Source: a virus (lineage: Duplodnaviria; Heunggongvirae; Uroviricota; Caudoviricetes). Taken from it: a stretch of 64,000 nt of DNA. The position numbers and the translations under genes are program-made. The notes below the pieces were generated by a model, which searched no databases, had not been told where the DNA came from, and saw only the letters and a program-made list of their open reading frames with translations. Numbering within the stretch: position 1 is the stretch's first letter; the number at the start of each line of letters is the position of its first letter. The stretch lies in the IMG/VR virus record IMGVR_UViG_3300031087_000527, positions 17,384-81,383 of that record, one strand, 5' to 3'. This document shows, piece after piece, positions 9,699 through 19,269 of the stretch.

Positions 9699-10086
9699 GG
9701 GTTTAATGAAGAGTCTGTATTGGATTGGGCGAAAGCGGTGGATGAGGCTGCTTTTAATCAACATGGTGAGATATTCACTGACAGCGTTGAGAGTGCTCAA
9801 GAAGAGCTGGCTACGTTGACGCCTGAGACTGATAAGTTGCTTGAGGATGTGCGCAAAGAAGGCGTTAGACGCTATGCTGAGCATTTAAAAGAGTCGGGTC
9901 AGCATCATGGGATGGCTGCTCAGGTGTGGGACTATCTGAATCGGCGAGTTAAAGTTGGAAAGCTGAAACGGTAATTATTTTCTGGAAATGAAAATAATGC
10001 TTGCGCAAGATTTATTGTTGTCATATACTGTATTCATTGAGAGGCGAGAAGCCTAAATACAAACTGTAACTTAAAAGGTAATAAAA

Positions 10087-10227
10087 ATGCATAACTCTTC
10101 TGCTAACCACGTTGAGAAGTTTGGTAAGTCTAAGAAAGCGGGTCGTGAGCAGCTTGCTGGAAAGCGTGATAGTAAAAAGAAAAACAAAACTGTTCGTGGT
10201 CGCCGTGAAGAGGTTGAATACGAATAA
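10087..10227 (+). CDS. 46-aa basic protein not in the ORF track, duplicate of 7510..7650
   Basis: MHNSSANHVEKFGKSKKAGREQLAGKRDSKKKNKTVRGRREEVEYE; duplicated promoter and leader. Confidence 0.85.
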   Translation: MHNSSANHVEKFGKSKKAGREQLAGKRDSKKKNKTVRGRREEVEYE

Positions 10228-10267
10228 GTAAAGATGGAAGAGCCACCTGCGGGTGGCTTTTTTGTTA

Positions 10268-10516
10268 TCAGATATTGGCGTAGAAGCAATCCAAAAGATG
10301 ACGAGGGATAGTGAAGCGCTTATCGACAATGGTGCCGTGGTCATCAGTGAAGCCTGTGACTAGGAATACATCACCAACTTTGACGTTTTTGGGGATGGTT
10401 TCGCCCATAGCAGAGATGAAATCTTCATTAACAAGTTTGAGCTTGTCGTAGTTAACACGAAGATCGGTCCAGGTGAAACAATAGTGAAAATTTTCAGACT
10501 TATTGATATTATGCAT
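10268..10516 (-). CDS. hypothetical protein
   Basis: AAGGA RBS on the minus strand; ends at a bidirectional terminator. Confidence 0.7.
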   Translation of the reverse strand: MHNINKSENFHYCFTWTDLRVNYDKLKLVNEDFISAMGETIPKNVKVGDVFLVTGFTDDHGTIVDKRFTIPRHLLDCFYANI

Positions 10517-10658
10517 ATCCTTTCCTTATTTAAAATGTGATATGTGTAGAATATATGACCAAAAGAAAAAATGCAATTCGATGATAAAAGGCGACTAAAA
10601 GCATTGCAATTGTTGTCATCAATAGCTATACTGTTTTTCTACCCCAAAGGAGCATATT

Positions 10659-10964
10659 ATGTCTAAAATTTTTCTGGTAAAATCTTTTGTCGAAGTTAAC
10701 GATCATACTTTGGAAGATATGCGTGTTGTAAGAGGCTTAACGCTATTTGACATTGAGACTTCTATCAAAGAAGGTCTTGATGAGCTTTTTGACGATTCGG
10801 GCGAGTATGAGTTTATTGACTCTTTCTATACTCAGAAAGATGATGTGAGTCTCGGCAACTTCCATATTCAGGAAATCGGAGAAGTTGAGGCGGTTGCTCT
10901 GGAGAAGTTCATTGGCACTAAATCTTTTGGTTATGGTCTGCTGTCACATATTGACATTAAGTAA
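10659..10964 (+). CDS. hypothetical acidic protein
   Basis: Promoter, AGGAG RBS, terminator. Confidence 0.85.
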   Translation: MSKIFLVKSFVEVNDHTLEDMRVVRGLTLFDIETSIKEGLDELFDDSGEYEFIDSFYTQKDDVSLGNFHIQEIGEVEAVALEKFIGTKSFGYGLLSHIDIK

Positions 10965-11110
10965 ATAAAATAACCTTAAAGGCCACCTCCGGGTGGCTTT
11001 TTTATTTTCTGGTAAAAATGAAAAAAGTGCTTGCCTCTGTTGTCATTAATGCGTATACTTCTTTTATCGAAACGAAACTGATTGTTAACTCACTTTAGAG
11101 AGAAAATAAA

Positions 11111-11962
11111 ATGCTGAATACTAACGGAAACCGTAAACCTAAAACTTCTATGGTCAAGACAGGCGTAGAGTCTAAAGTTGTTTGGGCTATGCGTTCTTTT
11201 CTGGCGAAAGGCACATCTGCTGACGTAGAAAAGCCTGCTTTTGAGAAAGAGACTGGCCTGACTAAAGTCGAGGCGCTGGCTATTCTGGCTGAAAAGCAGA
11301 GCAAAAATGCAGAAGTTTTCTCTCTGGTATGTGGTAAGAAAGAGTGCTCTGTGTCTATCTATATTGTAGAAAAGGCTGCCATTCGCAATCTGGTGCGTCA
11401 TAGCGGTAATATCTCAGATGATGTTGAGCTGAAGCCTGATTACTACTTTAAAGATGAAGTAGTTGAAAACAAGAAAGCGAAAATGTATGTGCTGAATAAA
11501 AAGGTTATTGTGATTCAGCACCGTGATGAAATTGCACTGTTTGAGCGTGCGAACCGTGATGCTGTATTTGTTGCTGAAGTCGATGTTAAAGGCTCAACTA
11601 AAAATGCGGTAACGGTAAAAATCGAAGCCGATTACCGTTCAAGCGCGGCTCACGCTGCTAAGCTGAATGCTGCGATTGAGGCTGACTTTATCCGTCTGAA
11701 AGCCTCTTCGGGATCAGATAAAGGTTCTGTAGATGTGAAAGTTTACAGTGTCATCAAAAACAAAGAGAAGTATACGACTCATCCTTTTGCGGTGGTGGAA
11801 AACATTGCTGAGCTGAAAGATGGTCTGTATAAGGCGAAAGTAGATGGCATTGAAAAAGTGCTGGCAGTATCAACAGAGGCTTTCACAGGCAAGAAAACCT
11901 TCCTGCTCTTTAGTAAAGGTGATGCACCAATCGCTGATAAAGAAGTTGCTAAAGCAGCATAA
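11111..11962 (+). CDS. hypothetical basic protein, C-terminus KAA
   Basis: Promoter 11031-11059, 283 aa, terminator. Confidence 0.9.
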   Translation: MLNTNGNRKPKTSMVKTGVESKVVWAMRSFLAKGTSADVEKPAFEKETGLTKVEALAILAEKQSKNAEVFSLVCGKKECSVSIYIVEKAAIRNLVRHSGNISDDVELKPDYYFKDEVVENKKAKMYVLNKKVIVIQHRDEIALFERANRDAVFVAEVDVKGSTKNAVTVKIEADYRSSAAHAAKLNAAIEADFIRLKASSGSDKGSVDVKVYSVIKNKEKYTTHPFAVVENIAELKDGLYKAKVDGIEKVLAVSTEAFTGKKTFLLFSKGDAPIADKEVAKAA

Positions 11963-12111
11963 ATCTTAAAGCCGCCTCCGGGCGGTTTTTTTCTTTTTAA
12001 GAGAAGCATTACAGTAAAATAGCATTAAAAAGCTTGCACTTATTGTCATTAAATCGTATACTATTTTTATCGAAACGAGAGACTCTTCTCTCTCTGTAAA
12101 AGGAAAGTAAA

Positions 12112-12339
12112 ATGACTACTTTATTCGAAATATTTGCTGCGACACTGAACTTCCTTTTCACTAATCTTGGCGGCTTTTTAGGTTTAGTTGTTTTTGGTGT
12201 TGCATTGCTGGTGTTTTCAGGCTGTGTGTTTTTCGTAGCAGAGAAGGCTGATAAATATATGTATATTCACGGTCATAAGTTCAAACCTTACATGCGTAAA
12301 AAGTTGGGCATGAAAAGAAAAGTATTGAACCTTGGCTAA
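12112..12339 (+). CDS. small membrane protein, related to 12475..12735
   Basis: FLF..LGGF.G..VFG.ALL TM segment. Confidence 0.8.
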   Translation: MTTLFEIFAATLNFLFTNLGGFLGLVVFGVALLVFSGCVFFVAEKADKYMYIHGHKFKPYMRKKLGMKRKVLNLG

Positions 12340-12474
12340 CAAGCAAAGCAGCCGCCTCCGGGCGGTTTTTCCTTTTAAGAGAGGCATTCCAGTAAAATAG
12401 CATTAAAAAGCTTGCATGTGTTGTCATTAGGTCATATACTGTCTTTATCGAAGCGAAATACTGAGGAGTTAAAA

Positions 12475-12735
12475 ATGGAAACAGTTGGTGTTATGTGTAA
12501 AAACTTTACTCTGTTTTTACTTGAAACCTTTGGTAGTTTTGGTGGTATTATTGTATTCATTATTTTTGGAACTGCTCTATTACTTGTATCTTTGGTGCTT
12601 TTATATTCATTATCGGTTTTAGAGAAGTATCTTTATATGGATAAAGAGATGCGCAGATATTCCATTCATTCAAAAAAAGTAGCAGTGAGGCATTTTTACC
12701 TAAGCCTTCGTTTTAAGCTTAAAGAGTTCTCCTGA
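12475..12735 (+). CDS. small membrane protein (start corrected)
   Basis: GAGGAG RBS, ATG 12475. Confidence 0.8.
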   Translation: METVGVMCKNFTLFLLETFGSFGGIIVFIIFGTALLLVSLVLLYSLSVLEKYLYMDKEMRRYSIHSKKVAVRHFYLSLRFKLKEFS

Positions 12736-12864
12736 TAATTTAAAGCCGCCTCCGGGCGGTTTTTCTTTTTAAGAGGGGCATTTCAGAAAAATGTATTTAA
12801 GATTTTGATTGAATATCATAGGCTAAACTATTAAAATAACAAAAATCTAAAAGGAAACTTTATT

Positions 12865-13608
12865 ATGAATTTAAACAGTGTTATTTACGTAGCAGCCAAT
12901 AACAAAGAAGCTATTTATTTTGATGGTAAACTATTTGTTGAAAAAGAGAGTTTCTCAGCAAAAGAGTTAAGCTGTGAACTGATGACGCTTTCGCCATTTG
13001 AGTTTTTCTCTTTGGTGATTGACGAAGATATTGATGAAATGCCAAAATATTTTGATACGTTCAATGAAGATGTTAAAAATCCTTATAAGATTAATAAAGG
13101 CGATATGGTAACGTTTACCACTCTGGATGGCGATCATGTTGTTTATGGTATCGGAAAAGTCATCGATGTTAAAAGAGATGAGCGAGGCTTTATTGAGGTT
13201 TATTCTCTCAAAGAGAAAAACACAGGAAAAACTTTTATTGTGGCTCCTCATGGCAAAGGAGATGCGAAAAAACTGTCAGATACTGTTATGCTTTCTCAGA
13301 ACAATGAGAAGATTGAGTATGTTGATTTGAGTTTGACCGAAGATGTGTTTGAGCAGCGTAAAGCGTTGCTAGTGCCAAAAGTAGGTCAGTCTGTAAGTTT
13401 TGAGACTAAGAAAGGTGCTGGTGCTGGCGTAGTCAAAGAAGTCTCTGTAAGGCCATACTATGCTTCAGGCTGTGAGTTGTCTTACGGTTGTAAGATTCAG
13501 TCAGAAGATGGCTCATTAACAGAGGTTTGCTTTGGAAATAAGCGTTATCCTGAAGATAAAATCACCTGGAGTAATGCTCCAGTATTCCTGAGCCAAGACA
13601 AGATTTAA
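12865..13608 (+). CDS. hypothetical protein with two SH3/Tudor-like segments
   Basis: GD.V.F...G.V..V pattern twice. Confidence 0.75.
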   Translation: MNLNSVIYVAANNKEAIYFDGKLFVEKESFSAKELSCELMTLSPFEFFSLVIDEDIDEMPKYFDTFNEDVKNPYKINKGDMVTFTTLDGDHVVYGIGKVIDVKRDERGFIEVYSLKEKNTGKTFIVAPHGKGDAKKLSDTVMLSQNNEKIEYVDLSLTEDVFEQRKALLVPKVGQSVSFETKKGAGAGVVKEVSVRPYYASGCELSYGCKIQSEDGSLTEVCFGNKRYPEDKITWSNAPVFLSQDKI

Positions 13609-13727
13609 TAATAAAAAGCCGCCTCCGGGCGGTTTTTGTTTGTAAAGCGTCTTGATTGTATTGTCATTAAATAGTATAATGTTGCTATCAAGCCAATAAT
13701 TGGTTGGCCTCTAAATAGGAAAACACT

Positions 13728-13925
13728 ATGAGCGTTGAGTTTACTAATATGACATACGAGAGCCAGTCTGGAGCGGTAGCAGGTAAGGTTCAGACGACGG
13801 CTAAAGGTGCTGATATTTTTATTCGTAGTCAGGAAGATGCGCGTTTGGATTGGGAACTTCATAGCAGTCATGAAAATGAGAGTGATGCCCGTGAGCTGTT
13901 AGGAGAACTTTTAGAGTATTGTTAA
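13728..13925 (+). CDS. hypothetical protein
   Basis: Promoter, RBS, terminator. Confidence 0.8.
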   Translation: MSVEFTNMTYESQSGAVAGKVQTTAKGADIFIRSQEDARLDWELHSSHENESDARELLGELLEYC

Positions 13926-14028
13926 TAAGCCGCCTCCGGGCGGTTTTTTATCGAATGAAGAAAATAAGTGTTGCTATGTATTGTCTTTAAAGGCTATACT
14001 GTTTGTCTTAACAGGGCTGGAGATTATC

Positions 14029-14550
14029 ATGTTTAGCAAAATACTGAGAAAGTTTGGATTTGTTCACGAATCAGAGATTCCGGTATTGCTTGAGAAAAAT
14101 CAGGCGGCTAAAGATGAGAAGCGTCTCTATGATGAACTGGCTTTTAACAATCGTGTTTTTGTTGGGATGCCTGTCATTGGTGTAAACAACTATGAGAATG
14201 CGATAGAGATTGCTATTATTCATCGTTTTGAGGTTATCGAAATGTTGAATAGTAAGAAGATCGTGCCTGTGATGAAGCTATACTATTCTAACCGGACAGA
14301 TAGTTTTCACAAAGATAAAGACAACTGCGTGCTGAGTCAATATGTAGCTTTCTCTAAGCAGCGTCTGAGAGCATATTTAAAGATGGATGGTTGCGAGAGA
14401 ACGGCGATGCTGATTAAGAGCTATCAGTTAAGCACAGAAGATATTGATGAGTTAGCAGTGCTGGCTCCTTATCAACCGAAAGCTGAAGAAGTGCTAAAAG
14501 CACTGGAAAAGACAACGTTCTTTGATGACTGTAAGGCATATGACATTTAA
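14029..14550 (+). CDS. hypothetical protein (start corrected)
   Basis: GGAG RBS, ATG 14029. Confidence 0.8.
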   Translation: MFSKILRKFGFVHESEIPVLLEKNQAAKDEKRLYDELAFNNRVFVGMPVIGVNNYENAIEIAIIHRFEVIEMLNSKKIVPVMKLYYSNRTDSFHKDKDNCVLSQYVAFSKQRLRAYLKMDGCERTAMLIKSYQLSTEDIDELAVLAPYQPKAEEVLKALEKTTFFDDCKAYDI

Positions 14551-14593
14551 CTGCATTGCTTAGTGTGATGCTGAATAACTAAGGAGATTTCCT

Positions 14594-15019
14594 ATGACTC
14601 AAGGCAAATATTCACCAACGGTAGGTAAGTCATATAAGAAAAACCAGAAATGGTTTGAAACTTATCATGATGAAAAAAGTTTTGGTATGACTGACAAGGA
14701 AGGTTATGATTCATATGGTTATGATGAAGATGGTCTTGATCGCGAAGGTAATCAGGAGGATGATTATTGGTATAATGACGCGCTTTATGAACAAGTGTCT
14801 GATAAATGGGCGGCTATTCCGGTAATCGGATCGCCAGAGTATCTGGTGTATCTGAAAGAAGATGGTGTGCGCAAGACTACGGCAGCGTTAATCAGCGAGA
14901 ATGCACATAAGGTGCCGGAAATGCTGAAAGTGCTGAAGCAGGTAGCCACAACCTTTGAAGGCAAAACAGAGTCAGAGAAAGCCTTGCTGGAAAGCGTTCG
15001 GGCGCTGCTGGCTAAATAA
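14594..15019 (+). CDS. hypothetical protein with D-x-x-G-Y repeats
   Basis: DKEGYDSYGYDEDGLDREG. Confidence 0.85.
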   Translation: MTQGKYSPTVGKSYKKNQKWFETYHDEKSFGMTDKEGYDSYGYDEDGLDREGNQEDDYWYNDALYEQVSDKWAAIPVIGSPEYLVYLKEDGVRKTTAALISENAHKVPEMLKVLKQVATTFEGKTESEKALLESVRALLAK

Positions 15020-15070
15020 TAGGGGCCGCCTGCGGGTGGCTTTTTTATTGTCAATAAAATAAGGTAATAT

Positions 15071-15259
15071 ATGAAAGTAGAAATCAAAAAATTATCAAAT
15101 GATGAAACACTAAAAGAAATGAATGTTAATGCGACATTTATTGCGCCTCGCATTAACGAGTGTGTTAAATGTGAAGGTGATGAAAAATTGTATAAAGTCA
15201 TATCAGTAGTGCATATTTATGGCAAAGATGATATTGTTATGATTATTTGGGTAGTCTAG
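15071..15259 (+). CDS. hypothetical protein
   Basis: AAGGT RBS. Confidence 0.65.
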   Translation: MKVEIKKLSNDETLKEMNVNATFIAPRINECVKCEGDEKLYKVISVVHIYGKDDIVMIIWVV

Positions 15260-15394
15260 TTAAGATATTGATTTATATCGTTTGTTTTCTATTTAAACTG
15301 TGACAAAGGTCGCTTTCTCGGATAAGTCTTAGTTGTATACTGTATTTATTGAAGCAGAGCAGTAAAACACTAACTCACACTTTCCGAGGTTAAC

Positions 15395-15535
15395 ATGACA
15401 AACACTACTGTAAACACTAAAAAAGCTCAGGATTTTCTGAATAGCCTGATTTACAATACTGCAGCGATTCGTTCACAGGTTGAAACGCGCATGGCTAACG
15501 GTGGCAAATCTCAGCCACTGCCTAAAGCGGCATAA
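15395..15535 (+). CDS. 46-aa protein not in the ORF track, C-terminus KAA
   Basis: MTNTTVNTKKAQDFLNSLIYNTAAIRSQVETRMANGGKSQPLPKAA; -10 TATACT, GAGGT RBS, terminator. Confidence 0.8.
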   Translation: MTNTTVNTKKAQDFLNSLIYNTAAIRSQVETRMANGGKSQPLPKAA

Positions 15536-15662
15536 GATACACGAATTGAAAAAGGAGGCTTCGGCCTCTTTTTTGTTTTGAAGAGTCATATCAGTAAAAA
15601 GTGTTTGCTTTTCTTTTTGTATTGTCATAAAATAGCTTTATTGAAATCAAGAGGAAAGAATA

Positions 15663-15932
15663 ATGACTAAGCCACTGTTTGAACGTTTACTGAATGAAGC
15701 CATTGTTAAGGTTGAAGCAGGTGAGGACGTGATTGATGTCGCTTATGAAGTGGTAAACTTCACTGATCGTCTGCCGGAAGTTGAAGCGTTTCTGGCTGAA
15801 GATGCGACTCTGGCAGAGCGTGTGGGTGGTGAAGGACATAACGATATTGTTTACCCTGATGATGCCTCTGAGTCGGACGTGGTTATCACCAATCTTCAGG
15901 AACGTCTGATTGCGTATTTTGACGAAAACTGA
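15663..15932 (+). CDS. small highly acidic protein
   Basis: Promoter, GAGG RBS. Confidence 0.85.
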   Translation: MTKPLFERLLNEAIVKVEAGEDVIDVAYEVVNFTDRLPEVEAFLAEDATLAERVGGEGHNDIVYPDDASESDVVITNLQERLIAYFDEN

Positions 15933-16011
15933 TTATTAATAAAAAGACGAGCCACTTAACTGTGGCTTTTGTTGTTTAAGAGAGTTTATTCAAGAAAGAT
16001 TAAGGAATAAG

Positions 16012-16530
16012 ATGAACTATTTCATGTTAGGAAAAGTGCGCGAAAGTGGTATTGATGCGGTGAATGCTGCGGGGCAGCGGCGTTGGTTCTATGATTTAGC
16101 AGAGAGAAACCATTTGTATTCATGTTGGTTTGATGATAATGCGCGTCATTGTCTGCCAGAAGCGCTGGGAAATAATTTTATTCTGATGAAGTTCTTTTTC
16201 TTTGACATTATGCGTCATGCTGAGGAAGCGAAGAAGTCGCGGGTAGATTTTGGTGAGCATTTCTCAAAAAACATTCGAGAGTCTACCTTTATTCGTTATG
16301 ATAGTGTTAAACGTGAGATTCTGGTTAGTGGTAGCCAGACATACAGCCGTCGCACTGATGGAAAGCCGCGCTATTTCCCTGCGGTAGCGATTGCTCGTCG
16401 TGTTAAGTGGTTCCTGTCAAACAGTCCCTTTGTGGAAAGTTTTAAAGAGGTGAATTATCAGAGTGGTATGTGTTCTCGCTTTGAGATCGTATTTAAAGCG
16501 CAGGCTGAGCCTGTATCGAAATCGGCATAA
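16012..16530 (+). CDS. hypothetical protein
   Basis: AAGGA RBS. Confidence 0.8.
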   Translation: MNYFMLGKVRESGIDAVNAAGQRRWFYDLAERNHLYSCWFDDNARHCLPEALGNNFILMKFFFFDIMRHAEEAKKSRVDFGEHFSKNIRESTFIRYDSVKREILVSGSQTYSRRTDGKPRYFPAVAIARRVKWFLSNSPFVESFKEVNYQSGMCSRFEIVFKAQAEPVSKSA

Positions 16531-16543
16531 GTAGAGAGGTTTT

Positions 16544-17095
16544 ATGAAAATAGATTGGAAAGCAATGACTCTTCAGATAGATAAAAATCTGGCAAGTTTG
16601 CCGGATGAAAATACGCTGGAGAAAAGTTTGGCTAAGTTTATGAATAAGATTGACGAGCGACTGCAGGATCATGCTGAAGGTAAAGATGTGCTTGATATTG
16701 GTATGAGTTTTGAGACACTGGAAGCGCTGGTAGATAAAGATGGTGTAGAAACAGGCAAGCGTGTGCTTGATGAGACACAGACATACTATTTTCTTGATGC
16801 TAACGGTATGCCATGCCTGAGCGGTAAAGTTGTTTCTGACTTATTTTATCAGTATTATGAAGAAATGATAGGCAACAGTAATAATGCGGAAAAATATAAG
16901 GATATCAATCCTGAAAATCTGTTATTTAAAGTAACTTTCCATGAAGAAGGTGCTTCGGGAGGTTTGTTGCGGCGCTTACTGGTGAAATCAACCAATACTA
17001 TTTATATAGCGTCATTTGAGTCTTTTAAGGAGTCATTTGATAGCTTAACTGGTGTTATGGAAGATGTTAAAGTAATGGAAAGTGTTGAAGCATAA
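16544..17095 (+). CDS. hypothetical protein
   Basis: GAGGT RBS. Confidence 0.8.
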   Translation: MKIDWKAMTLQIDKNLASLPDENTLEKSLAKFMNKIDERLQDHAEGKDVLDIGMSFETLEALVDKDGVETGKRVLDETQTYYFLDANGMPCLSGKVVSDLFYQYYEEMIGNSNNAEKYKDINPENLLFKVTFHEEGASGGLLRRLLVKSTNTIYIASFESFKESFDSLTGVMEDVKVMESVEA

Positions 17096-17119
17096 AAGCA
17101 AGTGTAAATAATAACAAAG

Positions 17120-17887
17120 ATGAGGTATAATATGCTTAAAAGTCCAAAAGAAGCATTTAAGGATGTGATAGAACACATGGAAGCCAATAAAGGTAATATC
17201 AGGGGCTTACGTTTATACGCTTTCAGCAAAAATGCAGGCTCTGATGATTTGTTGTTGACTGACAGAGGCGATGCGCTGTCAAAAAAACGAGGAGAGATAG
17301 AACAAGCTGAAGTTATTGAACTGCTTGAACAATATACTCAATACATCAAATATAATGATTCTCCAGAAACGAACGGTTCGAATACTATTGGCCTTGAGAT
17401 TATATTAAAAGATGAGGTTGACGAAAGTGAGACGTCTATATCATCTTTTAGGTCTAACGTTGCTGAAGAACGTTTTTTATGCGATATAAATAACACAGAT
17501 GCGCTTAAAGACGCCGTTGAATACATTGAAAGCAATAAAGATAATGTAAAAGGTTTGCGCTTTTGCGCATTCAAGAAAAGTGCTAATTCTGATGGTTTAT
17601 TAATGAATGATAGAGGTGACGTTTTATCTAAAAAAGGCGGGCCGATAGAGCGGGAAGATGTTATTGCTTTAGTTGAGGACTATACTCAATATATACAAAA
17701 CCACAATGATCCTGAAATCAAGGATTCAGACGTTATTGGATTATATTTTGTATTAAAAAGTGATGAAGCTGAAGCTGCTCCTTCACCTCTTGATATTAGT
17801 TCTCTTGAGGTTAAAGCGCCAGAAATGCAGTTTCTATGCGATTTGAACGAAACAGAGGCGTTCTGCAGAGATAGTAAAGTCGTATAA
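17120..17887 (+). CDS. hypothetical protein with an internal ~115-aa tandem duplication
   Basis: GLR..AF.K.A.SD.LL..DRGD.LSKK twice. Confidence 0.85.
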   Translation: MRYNMLKSPKEAFKDVIEHMEANKGNIRGLRLYAFSKNAGSDDLLLTDRGDALSKKRGEIEQAEVIELLEQYTQYIKYNDSPETNGSNTIGLEIILKDEVDESETSISSFRSNVAEERFLCDINNTDALKDAVEYIESNKDNVKGLRFCAFKKSANSDGLLMNDRGDVLSKKGGPIEREDVIALVEDYTQYIQNHNDPEIKDSDVIGLYFVLKSDEAEAAPSPLDISSLEVKAPEMQFLCDLNETEAFCRDSKVV

Positions 17888-17984
17888 AAAGTAGTTGTGC
17901 TCAACGGCATTCCTTTGCTATAATAGCCCTGTTGATGAGTAGCGGGGCTTTCCCATTTATAAGGCTGAAGAAGAGGATACAACT

Positions 17985-18236
17985 ATGATGAATAAAGAGA
18001 TTTTTGTTGAGAAGCAGGCTTCACTGGCGGCGCAGGAGCTGAGCTTTGAGCCGGGTGAGATCTCTTTTAACAAAGACGATATTGGTCCGCGTTCAGTCAT
18101 TTGCGTAGGTAATGACTATCTGGTTGTAGAAGAAGTCGCAGGCGAAAAGGTTCGCTGTATTGATCTGCTTGATGATGGTTTCCGTGTAGTGAAACTGTCT
18201 GATGATATCGCCGTTATCGGCTCACTGATTGTTTAA
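17985..18236 (+). CDS. hypothetical protein
   Basis: GAGG RBS. Confidence 0.8.
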   Translation: MMNKEIFVEKQASLAAQELSFEPGEISFNKDDIGPRSVICVGNDYLVVEEVAGEKVRCIDLLDDGFRVVKLSDDIAVIGSLIV

Positions 18237-18250
18237 ATAAAGGCGCTATT

Positions 18251-18481
18251 ATGACTCGAATGGTTTGTGGTGGTGGAGTTGATGTTTACGCTTCAGGATC
18301 TAAGATTCCCTCTTCTGTAAACGAAGATGATAGTATTCAAAAGAAAGTGCTGAAGCTGCCACGCGGTGTTAATGTGGGTCGAGTGATCGGTTCTGATGGT
18401 CAAATGATGTATTGGATTGACGAGAAGACGTTAGCGCAACGGCTGGATGCTGCTGGGATTGCGTGGGAATTTGAAGGCTAA
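18251..18481 (+). CDS. hypothetical protein
   Basis: Operonic with the upstream gene. Confidence 0.75.
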   Translation: MTRMVCGGGVDVYASGSKIPSSVNEDDSIQKKVLKLPRGVNVGRVIGSDGQMMYWIDEKTLAQRLDAAGIAWEFEG

Positions 18482-18528
18482 CTAACAGAAAGGGCTGCTG
18501 GTGCGGCCCTCTTTCATACAGGTGAGAT

Positions 18529-18789
18529 ATGGATAACAGAAATAGCGAAGTTTATCTGAAATATTTATCTTATGATGGTGCAGAGCGCACTATGAATATA
18601 TCAGGCTATAGCTTTGAAGGTGAGCCTACCATTACGGATTTTGGCATTAAAAAAGTGCCTGAAGGTCGGATCAGAGTGTTAAAGTGTAAGTGTGGTTCTA
18701 ATAACTGGACGGATAATGGGCGCTTCATCAATGAGTATGAATGCGGTAGCTGTGGACAGTTTATTGAAGCATACGAGAAGCAATCTTGA
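18529..18789 (+). CDS. zinc-ribbon protein, paralog of the next gene
   Basis: CKCG..W..NGRF..EYEC..CG. Confidence 0.85.
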   Translation: MDNRNSEVYLKYLSYDGAERTMNISGYSFEGEPTITDFGIKKVPEGRIRVLKCKCGSNNWTDNGRFINEYECGSCGQFIEAYEKQS

Positions 18790-19067
18790 TGAAGACGACA
18801 GAGATGCATTTCAAATATCTTTCGGTTGCCTGTGGTAAGCATTCAAATCGCATCGAGCGTCCGCGCTTTATCAAAATGAATGCCTATGTATTTGACCAAC
18901 AGCCAGAAGTATCTGATTTCGGTGAAGCTGAGGTGTCTCCAGGAAAAGTGCGTGTGCTTGCCTGCCTGTGTGGTGCGAATAACTGGACTGAGAACGGTCG
19001 TTTTATGCATGAGTATGAATGCTATAGCTGTGGGAAGTTTATTAAAGTTTATGGCGAAATTGTTTGA
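18786..19067 (+). CDS. zinc-ribbon protein, paralog of the previous gene
   Basis: CLCG..W..NGRF..EYEC..CG. Confidence 0.85.
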   Translation: MMKTTEMHFKYLSVACGKHSNRIERPRFIKMNAYVFDQQPEVSDFGEAEVSPGKVRVLACLCGANNWTENGRFMHEYECYSCGKFIKVYGEIV

Positions 19068-19131
19068 CGCTGATCTGACTTGCTGATATTATGACAACAA
19101 TTAAACTAAACAAGTAAGAGACAATAAATAA

Positions 19132-19269
19132 ATGAATGAAGTGATCACTCTGAGTCCTGTTGCTTTTGGTATGTTATGTTTCTCAGCGGGTGGTGGATTG
19201 GTGGCTATGTTTGTAGCTCTGGTTCAGTATCTCAACAAAGATATTGGTAAAAGAGGTTCGCGTGAATAA
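19132..19269 (+). CDS. 45-aa single-TM protein not in the ORF track
   Basis: MNEVITLSPVAFGMLCFSAGGGLVAMFVALVQYLNKDIGKRGSRE. Confidence 0.65.
   Translation: MNEVITLSPVAFGMLCFSAGGGLVAMFVALVQYLNKDIGKRGSRE

Larger units (their letters stand above)
8038..9974 (+). pseudogene. Ead/Ea22-like phage-type gene (115 aa when rebuilt) interrupted by a TnpB element; halves 8038-8109 and 9699-9974
   Basis: Joining ATA(8109) to GGG(9699) is in frame; LLAENSLLK and TPETDKLLEDVRKEGV resemble the LAAENAxLK / TPATDAFLAEVRAQGV motifs of Ead-like proteins. Confidence 0.75.

Noticed and set aside
9654-9974. Independent 106-aa Cys-rich gene
   Set aside because: The first 15 codons (including CECCC) come from the element's right end; the rest is the 3' half of the interrupted gene.
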